Source: Saccostrea echinata
Taxonomy: Eukaryota
Direction of reading: 5' to 3'
NCBI RefSeq assembly: GCF_033153115.1
Contig: NW_026889782.1
Location: 25,110,001 to 25,174,000, forward strand
DNA length: 64,000 nt
Position numbers and translations under genes: made by a program. The notes beneath the pieces are model-generated. The model saw only the letters and a list, made by a program, of their open reading frames with translations. It searched no databases and had not been told where the DNA came from. Shown here one piece after another: positions 26,001-39,264 of the stretch (the stretch's first letter is position 1; the number at the start of each line of letters is the position of its first letter).

Positions 26001-29000
26001 TTTAGAAAAAAAGATTATTATTATATAAAGAAATGACATAGTTATCATATTTTAGATATAGTTCTCTACTTACACAATAAGTCATTTTAATAAAATTATA
26101 TAAAAAGAATATATAAAAATATATATAAAAAAAAATTGAAAACATAGTCTGTGCATTGTATCCTCTGGTACGTGAAGTACATAAATATTTTAATATATTT
26201 TAGGAATATCTGAAAGAACCCTGAAAGCAAACATCCTGGTTGATCCTGTAACAACTGTGATTGAGGATCTGCAAGTCCCTCCTGTACAGCAGAAGGTCCA
26301 CTCCAATAAGGGGCTTGATGACTTCGATGAGGACCTGGTGAAAAGGACCATCCATGAAATGCAGTTGAGGGGCGAGTATGTATCTCTTCGTCGACTGTCA
26401 GGTGTGTTGGTGGAAAGGGGAATCAGGCTCACCAAGTCATCTCTGGCAAGACTTGTGAAGAAACTTGGGTTCAGGTAAGAATCAATTAAAAAATATAACC
26501 TACAAATAAAGCATATAATTATTAAAATTGTTTAATAATATACATTTATTGACTGGGTTCGAGTGCGACAAGCATTTTGTCAGACCCACAGGGTCGACAA
26601 AATGCATTTTGCCCTTGAACCAGTCAAGAAATGTTGTTATACCTTTTATTTTATTATTATTGTCCAATATCTTGCTCCGCAGTCAAACATCGATTTTTTA
26701 CCTCACCTGCGCTGAAAGCTCAAATGAGCTTTTCTGATCACTCGTGTCCATCGTCCGTCCATCCGTCTGTAAACTTTTCACATTTTCAACTTCCTCTCAA
26801 GAACCACTAGACCAATTTTAACCAAAGTTGGTACAGAGCATTTTTGGATGAAGGGGAAGTTAACTTGTTAAAATGAAGGGCCAAGCCCCCTCAGAAGGGG
26901 AGATTATCAAGAAAAGGCAAAAATAGGGTGGGGTCATTAAAAAATCTTCTTCTCAAGAACCACTGGGCCAGAAAAGCTATAACTAATGAGGAAGCATCCT
27001 AGGGTAGTGTAGATTCTTATTCGTTAAAATCATGACCCCAAGAGGTAGGGCAGGGCCACAATAGGGAATCCAAGTTTTACAATGAAATATATAAAGAAAA
27101 ATCTTTAAAAATCTTTTTCTCAAGTACCACTGGGCCAGAAAAGCTGAAACTTATGTGGAAGTATCCTGGGATAGTGTAGATTACACATTGTTAAAATCAT
27201 GACCCCTGGGGGTGGGACGCACAGGCACTTGTTTCGTATACAGGGCACCTACTTATTTTTACTACAAGGTACCTAACTCAGTTTCAGGCACCCCCTCTTC
27301 AAGCTCGTATTTTGTTCATATATCAATCATTAACCTACTTTAAAATTATATTGTTCACTTCGAGAGACTTTTTCCTTGTCAAATAAATCCTTTCAGACAT
27401 CTCTGGTCGAGCCTCTTTATTGTAAACCACTCATTAATTACCTCGATACATTTCAAGACTTTAGATGGGACACAAATTTCCGGTTGGGGTTATAATCAAA
27501 GGATAAAACCAGAGACCTTGGAATGGAATACTTGGAAGTCTCTGGTTTTATCCTACCCCCAACCGGAAGTTGTATCCCATCTAAAGTCTTAATATCTATT
27601 GAGGGAATTTTCGAGGTACCTTGTGGTAAAAATAAGTAGGGATGCCCCGTATACGAAACAAGTGCCTGTGGTAGGACTGGGCCACAATAGGTATTACATG
27701 GGAGAAAGTCAGGTGTGAAGAACAGCAGGGCCAAACTTACTCAGGTGAGTGTTGTGGCCCATGGGTCTCTTGTTTTATGACCACTCAGTAAACATAGGAA
27801 ATGCTAGACTTATTTTAGTATAGATTTATGTAGGAACAAATTTTTAAAGGTATATAAATAAACATCGTTTGCATGCATAAAAATAGAACTGAACTTTATC
27901 TTTTTTTTAAAGAAATGTTTCATTCTCTTTCAGATTCTACAAGTCTGGTTCAGATCGGAGGTACATTGGAGAGCGTAATGACATTGTCAGTATGCGCCAT
28001 ACTTACCTGAGGTCCATCCGAAACTTTAGAGAGGCGGGTCGTCCTATCGTGTACTTGGATGAGACTTGGTTGAACACCAATCATGTAGCAAGGGGAGATT
28101 GGGTGGACTGTCCTAGGACATCTACCTCTGCCTTTGAGTCGCATCGTGGAGGTCATGGGCGCTTCGTCCCACCTGGGAAAGGCTCTCGTCTGATAATTGT
28201 GGATGCTGGTTCTTCGGCTGTGGGCATGATCCCGGGGTCATGTCTAATGTTTGAGTCGAAAACTGGCACTCATGATTATCATGATGAGATGAACTCAGGA
28301 AACTTCACGAGGTGGTTCACTGAGCAGTTGCTCCCTAACCTACCGGGTAATTCAGTCATCGTGATGGATAATGCTTCCTATCACAGTCATCTGGATCCCG
28401 AGTCTAAGTGTCCGACATCGTCGGCGCAAAAGGCCGAGATCCAGTCTTGGCTTGATAGAAAGGGTATTCATTACACTCCGGCAATGATTAAGGCTGAGTT
28501 ACTCACATTGGTGAAGCAGCATAAGCCTCGACCAAAGTATGTGATTGACGATTTGGCTTCACAGGCAGGTCACACAGTTTTGCGTCTACCTCCTTATCAT
28601 TGTGAGCTGAATCCCATCGAGCTGGTTTGGGCTGAATTGAAAAGCTTCGTCGCCAGGAGCAATACCACATTTAAGAAAGATAAAGTGATGGAGCTATTCA
28701 ATCAAGCAAGATCAGCATACGATGTGGAGAAGTGGAGGAGGGTAGAGAGCCACGTGATAAATGAGGTAGAGACAAAACTGTGGAAACTTGACGGAGTTCA
28801 GGATGATGAGGTCGCTCCGGTGATCATTGACTTGACGGACTCGGAAGACAGTGACAGTGACTTAGACACAGATTCTGGTGATGACGAAAATGACGTCGAC
28901 TCTGACGTATCCATGAACTCCGTCGAGGAATCTGATGATGAAGTCACTTGTTGCATATGTGGTGACTATAATGCTCCTGGAAGGTCTCGAAAGATTGCGT

Positions 29001-29122
29001 GGGTGGAATGTGAGTTGTGTGAAAGGTGGAGTCACCGCATATGTACCAAGCCCTCTCTAAAGTCAGGTAAGTGCCTTCGATGCTGGAACAGTTTGTATGG
29101 ACTGAATCCTCTTTCTTCATGA
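23022..29122 (+). CDS. Intact 536-aa DD83E transposase with C-terminal acidic tract and PHD finger; exons 23022-23066, 24936-25041, 26204-26474, 27934-29122
   Basis: All introns are GT-AG and phases 0/1/2 join in frame; HTH-like RLSTATGISERTLK; YLDETW, VMDNASYHS, LPPYHCELNPIE (83 aa between second D and E); C4HC3 CICG..WVECELCERWSHRIC..CLRC. Confidence 0.9.
25173..25956 (-). mobile_element. HINE (non-autonomous Helentron) in transposase intron 2
   Basis: Ends AACAAGAGGCCCATGGG... and ...GGTGAGCTAA; degenerate internal repeats. Confidence 0.8.
26545..26650. mobile_element. Short palindromic MITE
   Basis: TTGACTGGGTTCGAG..GCATTTTGTC / GACAAAATGC..CTTGAACCAGTCAA fold-back. Confidence 0.55.
26697..27774 (+). 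mobile_element. HINE in transposase intron 3
   Basis: CTCACCTG..TGAGC hairpin, GTCC microsatellite, ~150-bp repeats, 3' CAGGTGAG..GGCCCATGGG..CTTGTT. Confidence 0.82.
27220..27670. mobile_element. TIR MITE nested in the HINE (degenerate 8-bp TSD, hAT/P-like)
   Basis: ~55-bp TIR CACAGGCACTTGTTTCGTATAC...; flanks GTGGGACG / GTAGGACT. Confidence 0.8.
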
Positions 29123-29724
29123 GCCTTGCTTTGATGATTGGTGAACTGTTCCTCTTTAAAGGTAAAAGAAAGATTATTAATCATTCATTGATGCATGTAT
29201 CACCTAGTGTTTAATTATAGTTTTAAGTACTCCTATTTGAGAAAAATAAGCCATTGCAATAAACTAGGATTCAGAAAATTTTACTCTAAAATTTTGACAC
29301 TGTTGGAATGCAATTGATAATTTCATAAACAGATGAAATCCATTGATTTCAATATAACTTGGCACACAAATAGACTACACTAAGATACATAATTCTAAAT
29401 ATCGGTTTTTGATTTCAATGAAAGGTGTTGCCATGGTTACTAAAAATAAAAATTTCTGTGAAATACATTCAAAATGTACTCATCCTACAGTTTTGGTCTG
29501 ATTTCAATATAACTTAATACACAAGTAAACTACATAATTCTATTCATAGCTGTTGGAAAGTTTCAAATCCATGGGCTATTTTTCTCTTTCTTTGTTATCA
29601 GAACAAACCGGTAGAGCTACAGTCTCATCAGACATGTTTTAATGTGCACCACATCTTCTATCCGATAGTTCAGCTGACAAAATTTAATTTTTCAATTTAA
29701 TATTAAATATTGAATACTAAATAA

Positions 29725-29812
29725 TTAAGGAATTAATTTAATAGCTACCCAAATTTATATGGTATAAACAGTTTATAATGTATAAATTGGGTAGCTATTA
29801 AATTAATTCCTT
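29725..29812. repeat. Palindrome / fold-back MITE remnant
   Basis: TAAGGAATTAATTTAATAGCTACCCAA...TTGGGTAGCTATTAAATTAATTCCTTA. Confidence 0.7.
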
Positions 29813-32800
29813 ATAATTTAATTTTCATTTCATTTAGTGTAAGGAAAAAAGATTATTGCCTTGAAAATAATTCCAAATTGTACAAAATTTAAATATATAA
29901 ACGTCAGGCGGATCAATACATTTTTGACACAGTCATTGTGATGTAGGCAACCCAATTTATACAATATAAAGTAATTTTTTTATCCAATCAAATATCACGT
30001 TATATCCAGAATTAAATTACTTAAAAATGAAAAATATTTAAAGTCTCTTAGGGCAATAAAACTCTTCAATTCATTGGTGAATCTATGATACATGCATGTT
30101 TAATGATTAATTTGTCTTTCAAAAGGTGGGCCTGTGTGTAACTAATCTTTTTTATGTATCTTGCCTATATTCATGAGACTTTACCTTAATACATTGCTGT
30201 AATCACACTTTTGTCCTTTGGGTGAAATTTCAACAGTATGGATCAGCTATAACTGAAAATAAAAAGGTCATTACAGATTTGAATTCCTATTGTAGATCCA
30301 TGCAAACTTAAATCTATAGACTATATGCACATGCTTGGATATGAATTTTGTTTTACTCTGCTGTTCTATAGATCATAAATAACCATATCAAGTTAGTAAA
30401 GTGCAGAATTAAACTTTAATGAACAAGTCATAATTTCACTGCATTTGGAATGAGTTAGAACTGAAAATACACTCCTTGTACCTGTAGCTCTATTTCAGTT
30501 ATTTCAGGGTTCAAATAGAGTACAGCATATGTAAACATAATCATGATAATATACTGCCTGATTAGTTACACACAATGCCCCCTACCGAACCAACAAACCT
30601 GACTTTTGATGAGTGAAGCTGCTTCCCCTCCTCTGTATTCCATGCATGTTAAATTTTCACAGGGCAGCATTTAGTCTCAGTTCCTTATTGTGATTCACTT
30701 CTCCTCTACAATTGGGACTTGCATGATCAATATTTTTTTTTTCATTTCTTACATACACTTTGTAAAATTAATTGCAAGAAAAACTTCAAAACAAATTTCA
30801 GTGGTTTTCATTCATGAGATATATATATTGATACATAATTTATTCAATTTTTATAAAAGCCCTACTGCATTTCAAGTTTTGCTTAACTTAACAAGACCAA
30901 TTTACTGTGATAAAACCTACTGTGATATATATGCTGGGTTTTTTTTAAAACATATTATGTACATAATTATTTGCAAGAAAAACCAAATTAATTTCAGTGA
31001 TTTTAATTCATTTGTGATTTTTTTTATCATGATACATAATACTGTTTATTAAATTTAAGCTTTAATATAAAAAGCATACTGTATTTCCATTTCTGACTTA
31101 TCAGTTTACCATGTTTACTGTGATAAAATCTGCTGTGATAAATGTTATTGTTTAACTAAATATGTACATTTAAACATATGAACTGTAATAACAACAAATT
31201 AACTATAAATGGTATTGTTACTCTAAAGTGATTATTTACATTTTATTTTTTTTTCTCATTATTTTATATTTTCAATCTACTTTTTATGCACTTTGGCACT
31301 GTGATAAAAACTTTACTGTGATTATTGCTTTTATTTAATATCGAAATACTCAACAACAAACTAAGTGTCACACTTCAACCCTATAATACTCTGTATCAGT
31401 GATTGTTCTTAATCATGTTAATCTGAAACATGCATATTTGTGTTCAACTATATTTTATATATTTACATAAATATATACTGTAGTATTTTTCTCTTCTTAA
31501 ATTCTCTGTGAAAAAAAAATTTGCTGTAAATTACACCCTCTTTTTTCTAATTATCTTTTTTTTTTCTTCAAATTAACCATTGCCTTACTGCTACTTATTA
31601 ACTGACTGTAAATGCTATAGTTTCATACAGGGACATAACTTGCTTATTCAACGATTTTGTGCTCTAATTATACCATAAACAGTTGACTATGACTGTATGT
31701 TTGCATTATGGATATATCATGTAATACTTAAGGTTCTTTCAACCAAACATTGAATGTGTACAATGGTGTTGGTTTGATATGCACAACAACAAAGCTAGTC
31801 AAAAAAAAAAAAAAAAAAAAAAAATTAAACTAGCTATCAAGTTTGTAGTCTAGCATAGCAGTAACTTACTGCATGTGATAAATATATTTATAAACTAGAC
31901 TACAATAAAGTTATATATACAAATACTGAGCCCATTTCTACATGGACCCATGAATGGCATATGATTACAGTGGTAATTTTCAGTACACATTTCATTGTTG
32001 GTTTACATGATATGGAGTCACTGGCACGACAGAGATGTCTGTAAACTTCCGTCTTTGTGACATTACCAAATGCTTACATACAGGGCAAGATATTTCAGAA
32101 ATTCCCAAAATATCTTAATTTCATATTAATACATAAAGCAAGTAGTGTCTGTGATTGAAATACTATAGGAATATTTCAAATGTTTGTCTGAACTCTTTAT
32201 ATTGATTTCTTTGATAAGTATAATATGTGTTGTATTCAGTAAATCATTGTTAAATATGTTATGGGATGACACTATACAAACTTCGATCACTACAAATTTC
32301 TGAAATTTTCTTTAAAATATTTTGTTAACATGGTTAAGAAAACTAAAAATTCTGCAATGATTTTATACATGCATTTTGTGATTATTCCACACCCGATACC
32401 AAGGATATTGTGCAATATAGTAAAAAGGATTAATTGTAAAATAATATGAGTTACATGTATCAACTTATCCTGTTATGTGTGTTCATCTTATATAATATAT
32501 GTACATATTATCATGCAGATTTTCTTAAATTTGTGAAATAAATTCTTTGTTGAATTCCATACTATATTTGTTTTTCTTTCAAAGATATAATGAAGTTTCA
32601 TAATTGAAGTATGAAATCCCATATCCTTAGACAATATGCTGCATAATGCATTACTATGTGTATATGATATTGAATAGTCATATTTATTGTTATATACAGC
32701 TACTTGTTGTTTGACAAGATATGAAAAATATGGGTAAGAAAAGATACCTGTTTCAAACAAGGTGAAAGGTTATCCTGACAGTGAGGTCCATCAGAACACC

Positions 32801-35145
32801 TGTAGAAGTCTATTCACCTGCAAATACATGTATGACAATTAAAGCTTAACTTGGATTTTACGAGGCTAAACAATATGTTTGCTTCCTGTAACAGTAAACC
32901 TGGATCAACTTAAGCAATTTGCAATTTTTACACAATACTATAATGTAAATTAAACCCATTCTGTACATAGAGGTTGCATCAGCAAGCAAACACTGTTAAT
33001 GTGGGTGGCATGTGACCTGTGTCGCAGTGTGTGCACAATGAATTAAACCTTTCTAAAAATATACATGTCAAATAAGTCACAACCATTTACATTTTATAAA
33101 ATTCAATTATCATTGATCATTGTTGATTTCTATAGTATCATCATTTAGTATGTCTTCATTGACTTGGAGATTGTTTGTGAAATGTGCCGTAAGATTGCCA
33201 TATACATGATATACATGTATAGGGCATGTGCTCCATGTCTGAAATCCTCCATAAGAAAAAACAAAAAAAAAATCAGGAAAGAAATTTGAGTGCCAAAATA
33301 TTGGTATTATTAATATATAGAAAATAGCATATTGAATGCTTAGTTAGGGTATATTATTTTGACTATTTCCTGCACTGTTACTGTCAATTTATCAAATTTA
33401 TGCATAAATACAACTATATTATACATCTTTACATGTAGTGTTAAACTGTTAAAAGCGAAAGTAGACATTCTGCATAATCAACAGAATAAAGAAAATTTAA
33501 GAAATTAATTTCCAACATAAAAAGAAAGTCAGCATTGTGTTTTTAATTTTATCTTTTTTTCCTGAGTAGCTCTATACGGTCATATCAGTTCATTAAACAA
33601 TGTTAACCTGTTAACATATTAAAACTGGACGAATACATGTTGTCTATAGTAGGTCACGGGTATTTTGTCATCTACAGGGACGTGCGTGTACCATGCGTTT
33701 TGGCATATTTATCATAAAACTTGAAACACTTCTTCATTGAACATTTGTACTGCAGTAAACAACAAAAAAAACAACATTTAAAAAAAACTTACCTTTCTGA
33801 ACAAGGGATGATGTGATTTGCATCTACCTCCGGCCTAATGTGAATGATGAGTGAGTGCGTCCATAAGCTGTACTGTACTATATTCGGACTATTGACTCAT
33901 TTTTCACAATAAAACTCGCTAAAATATTTTTGAATATTATGTGTTTCTCATATTTTTACTAAAAACACGTTGAACTAATTTCTTTCATTTTAAATACATT
34001 TTTTTCATTTTTCATTTGGAAAGAACAACTACTCCCTTGATAAACTGGTTCTCCGCCCCGTAATCTAGACGATAATGGACGAGTTTACCATGTTAAATCC
34101 CCGTAGACTTTGAATTTGCCGCCGTGTGTATACACTGGTTGACCTCGATGGTTCGTATAAAAGCAGAAAGTTTGGAAAAAAATCAATCTACCGATCGGAC
34201 CTAGGTTGAAGGCCAAGGTATTTATTTATTTTGAGACATCTTGCAAAAAGTGGTGACGTTCCGGTTGTGGGACAGACTATAGTATTTCGGGACATTTTGT
34301 AGTGCTGAATTTCTGATCCCATGCTGATAATTCTTTTAAACGGAATACTTGTTTTGGCATTTTTTTTCTCTGCAATTTGAAACATATGGGCGCACTTGCG
34401 ACCTTTGGCTTCTATTGCGACGATCTATCGTATTTTCATCAATAAATCGGCAACACTCAGCAAAGATGATTCATTATAGACGTCGCCAGGTAAATGTACC
34501 CAAACGTACCACTGAGTGATTGCATAGGTCAAGATGTGGCGTTAATTGATAAAAATTCAGCGATTTTACAGCGAAAAGGAGAGAATTTTGTTGCGGTAAC
34601 AAGCTGGACACTTAATCTATGCCTTGCAAAAATGCATAAGACGTTGTTGTGAAATACAGAGCTTTTTACCCTATTTAGCAACTTTAATGGTCTCTGGCAA
34701 CAATTTTAGTTTTTCATCAGTAATCGCTTGTTGGCAATGCATTGCCTTAATTTTCTAATGTATATTTGGTAGCTTTTGAGAATTATTTTTACTGTATTTT
34801 TGTTTGCTTTCTGTAAATGCAATTATGCTTTATGACGTATATTGATGTAAGGGAGTAAAAAAATTATATTTTCCTTTCCTCCTCATAAGTGAGCAGTTTT
34901 AAGTAGAAAGGATTAACTAAGTTTGAAATCTATATATAGCATGCATTTCATTTTTGCCGGCACTGTGGCATACGGTAATATATCCTTTTCTGCTTCTCAA
35001 AATCACTAAAGAACAATAACCTAAGTGAAAACGTTTTAAACAAATACTTCAAGAAATTTTCTAATGTAGCTTAAATTAATAACTATAGACTTAAAATATA
35101 TCATAAATTATTTACCGAACAAACTGAAGTCTTATTAATTTTCAG

Positions 35146-36340
35146 GAAAGTCTGAGAGTCCATATGCTCGTCCTAGCGTCCAACGATCAGTTGCTGCGGC
35201 ATCTACCTCCACTTCGGTTATGACCACGCTACAACCCCAGACGGCCATTTTACTGACCGGTACACCAATGTATCAAACTTTCCGATTGTGACTCTTCCTC
35301 CAGTTTCAAGCATAACCAGTATTCCTACTAGTAGCATGATCGAGTCAGCCACTCAGACACAGAGAAGTCAGCAGAACGTATTAGATAACCGACAAGGGAG
35401 CATGACTGACCCTGGTACAATGCACACATTTGATTCTTTGGCTCTGCCTTTAGCATTTATTAGTACAGCTTCCCAATAGGAGTCCATGTATCACAAAGTT
35501 TGAAAGAAAATTTTAAAATGAATTTCTTCATCTGAACACGCAACTATATCATGACCCAAATGTCTGAGTATGACACAAATTAAGCTTAAGATTAAAGAAC
35601 AAAAATTGTAAACGTATCTCAGTGGATGGATGCCCGTTTGATTTTTGTTTTTTTTTAATTGAAGCATCCAACTAAAACCTTGTCCTTGTTCAGATACATG
35701 GTAAATAACAGGATGGACAGATAATTTGCATCATTATGCATCATTTTAAAAAGTCGATCAACTCGGCAGTCAGTAGGGAGTCCGTGCAAAACTTTGATTA
35801 GTTTATATGCAACCACCAAGTAATAATCAGTTGAGAAATCCTCAAACTAGCGTACCATCTTCTTGTTTAAGAGCTTAGTAAAGAATTTCAAGGGAAGAGA
35901 GAGGATAAGAGCTTGTGAGAGTGTTAGGTCCTTTTCCTTACCCTCCCATTTTCTATTTGCGTTGTACCCCCATTAGTGTCCTTTCAAAGAAACTAGGGGA
36001 TTGGCGCATGGTCACCAATTTATCATATTCCTTAGGGGGTAGTGTAAATGATTATACAGATTCAGAGTTGTGTACATTTTGATGATGCATTAAATCATTT
36101 CCGCCTAAGGTGAGGGGGCGCTAAGGGATTTTAGATTGTTACCTACGTCCTAAAGATTTTTGCTTGTTGGGCCTTCAATATTTTAGACTCATACTTCTTA
36201 GACAAATGTTTGCTCATGTGCTGTTCAATACCTTGCTCATGGAGTGAAAATTGTTAAACATTCCTTCACTTGGAAGTGCAGCATAGATCAAAAATTGATA
36301 GTATTGTTCACTATTTAGATGATTTTGTATTCGCTGGATA
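35146..36340 (+). pseudogene. DIRS/Ngaro-type (tyrosine-recombinase retrotransposon) gag and RT relic
   Basis: IGVHVSQSLKE and QWMDA (gag-like); LGPFPYPP..TPISVLSKKLGDWRMVTNLSY..GSVND, DKCLLMCCSI, IVHYLDDFVFAG (RT). Confidence 0.85.
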
Positions 36341-37779
36341 ATTGTATAAAAATATGATTTTCAAAGCAAATTACAGTCTTGTAAGCTTTTTGAAAGCTTC
36401 CATTCTTAGCAATGTTGATCTTACTGATGAACGTCGAGTTATCCCCTTTCCCATCTTTCTGAAATTTCGACTGGAAAATGATAACCCATTAATCCCAATT
36501 TCAAATGCTGATAGCAATATTAGATGAGATATTATTAGATATATTACTAGCAATATTAGATATTTTCTCCCCGCAGATACCAACGCAGTCCACAGCTAGT
36601 ACGCTTTTTTACATTTCTTCCGGTAATACCAACAATGACCAATCAAGCTCAGTCACAGAACGTTCTTCTAACAACCGTGAAACTAAATATAAGCAAGCTA
36701 TTTCACCTCTAAGGAACACTGTGAACAAAACTGCAGAAGTTGGGGTATTTTTTTCACCACAACGACAGAATTTAGAAGCAGGAACTCCCCCTCCCCCCCC
36801 CCCCCCCAACAAATTTCTGAGTTGGAATTCGGTCTCGCCAGTCGTCCGAACATACAGGCCTGCAGGTTTGACAATAATTTAGTCTTGCTTATACTAAACA
36901 TATGGAGAAATGATGTGCAGTTTATTCATGAGATTGCTTCCACGTGATTCACTTCTCATTAATATTCATAAGATCCTGCATAAACTCGAAATTCAATTTC
37001 TTTAAAGTTTTATATTAAAACCTGCAAGCCCGTTTCGTTTTGTTTTTTCTTCAAGCCTTCTTCATAATTGTATGGGTAGAATTTTGAGTTATTAACAGCT
37101 GACGACTCATGATACCGTTTTTTGATAATAAGTAGGTCACACTGATGCAAGAAATTGCCGTTTTCAAATTAAAAAGGCGGTCGTATCTCTTCATAAAATG
37201 GTAAATGATCTGTATTTTATAAAAATAAGCACTCTCCTGCACCTATTAATCGGCGGAAGAACTCTGTCAACCTGCAATAAACACTTACATTTTCATCATC
37301 AAAAATGATAAAAACACCACTTCTGTGTTCTTAGTAGTAAAGGGTACATTATACAGTCAACATTTTTTTTTAAAATTAGGTCAATGTCATAACCTCAAAT
37401 TTTAATTAGAATATAAAAAAAAAACCGCATGACTATTTAAGTATTTCAACATGATATGAAAATATCACATAACCTATCTGGTCAGTATGAATAAAAATAA
37501 TAAAAACACTTGTCATAAAAAAAGGCTTCGAGCCTCTGAGATGGATACTTTCAACATCACAATATACCCTGTCATTTATGTATCCTCTTCAATTATATAT
37601 AGATACATGTATGTATCAGTTCATAAAAAGCTGAAAAAAGGAAGTAAACATTTGTGTTAAAAAAAAAACTCTATACTTATATAAAGGATGTATCAGTACA
37701 TTAAAAAACCCACAAAAAAAAACAAGTAGGCATCTACATAATGAGACACGTTCTACACATATTTATATATATCTATCTA

Positions 37780-39032
37780 TCTATACTTATAAATTAATAA
37801 ATTTTGCAAATAAACTCCAAAAAGGATGCACCAGAGTTTTTACTTACTCCTCTAAGAATACACTAGATACAATATGATGTCCGTAAACTATATTTAGATT
37901 TCACTCGCATAGTAAGTATCGTGCATTAAATTAAAAGTCAACGTTCATTCTCTACAAACAGCCATAAAATAGCTAAAACGTGAGTATGGTGGCGTTTCCG
38001 GTTGGCGGATCTAAGTTACTGCCAATTTTTAATGAAACTGACAACAATCAATCGTTTATTTATTTCATAAAACGTCATCACTGAATTATTCAATCAAAAC
38101 TTGATTAAATGCCATAAAAGAAATTAGTTGTGATAACCGATTAAAAAGGGAAATGTGCAAATTATTTTTGTCATTCACCGATCTTCATATTGACGAAAGC
38201 TTCTAGAACATCATATCGATGTTAAAAAGAAAAACGAGACAACTGTAGAAACATAAGAAAAGCTTATGTGTGAATGGTCATTGAAACAATGGTAAATCAT
38301 TGATAACACTACATGTATAAGTTGTGAATATATTTATATATCGAGAGAGTATTACATATATGTAGTAGGGTTTCCTTATAAATTTATCGGTAAAATGTGT
38401 ATATATTCCTCACTGCTCACATGAAAAGAGAAAATTATTTAATAAGTTATTTTTTATATACAATTAATACTGTAAAATGTTGTGCTTTCATCAATATATT
38501 TCATTTTCTTCTTCTTCTTTTTTTTTTTTTGAATACAGTGTATCAAATACTCGGCATATTCACGGGGCGTTAAAAGCTAATTTTTACGCAGATACTTGCG
38601 TATTGGTTTATGTAAATGTATGAACCTTATTGATATGTAAAAAAGGTAAAGTACATTTTTTACATATCAATAAGGTACATACATATTTATAAACCAAGAC
38701 ACAAGTACCTGTGAATTTTTACCCCCCCCCCCCAAAAAAAAATCAATTTATCAGTAAAATGCTTTTAATTTATCCTTGACGGAAATGAAATAAGAGCATA
38801 CAATATATCCATAGCATAGTATAACAGGTTTCACAATAAACATCAATTTATGAAATTATTTTTTCAAGTTTTTACAAAAGGGGTGGGGTGGGGGTGGAGA
38901 CGCACATGCGGGATTTCGAACAAAGTATTTCTTCCTGCTATAACCCTGTAGGCTGTCAGTAGAAACTACAATATATTTATGCCGGTAGTGGTATAAATTC
39001 AATTCCCCGCGCTTGCGCGGGATTTCAAGTAG
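37780..39032 (+). mobile_element. Non-autonomous Helitron
   Basis: 5' TCTATACT..., 3' hairpin CCCGCGC-TT-GCGCGGG about 11 nt before GTAG|T; inserted between A and T; splits a local TGTATCAGT-containing repeat. Confidence 0.75.
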
Positions 39033-39264
39033 TATTTATATATAGAGAGAGAGAGAGGAATGTATCAGTTCATTAAAAAGCAAGGAAACATCTGTATATA
39101 GCAAATGTCAAACTATTAAACCTTACTTTTTACATTCATTACTTCATTAATTACACTTCCACTCATATGTTTGTGAAAAACTCTCTTGTAAGATATTCCT
39201 GTATATTCCCCCACCCTCTTCCCAAAAGACATTCTTTTTAGAAATGGATATACAGGTACATGGC

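Larger units (their letters stand above)
22608..34282 (+). mobile_element. Full-length 11,675-bp IS630/Tc1/mariner DNA transposon, Sailor (DD~82E) type
   Basis: ~190-bp near-perfect TIRs (22608-~22800 and ~34090-34282, starting CTATAGTCTGTCCCACAACCGG); TA duplication at 22606-7 and 34283-4; internal transposase. Confidence 0.93.

Noticed and set aside
36342-36901. Overlapping ORFs of 61-125 aa
   Set aside because: No recognisable domain or consistent splice structure; partly homopolymer-driven.
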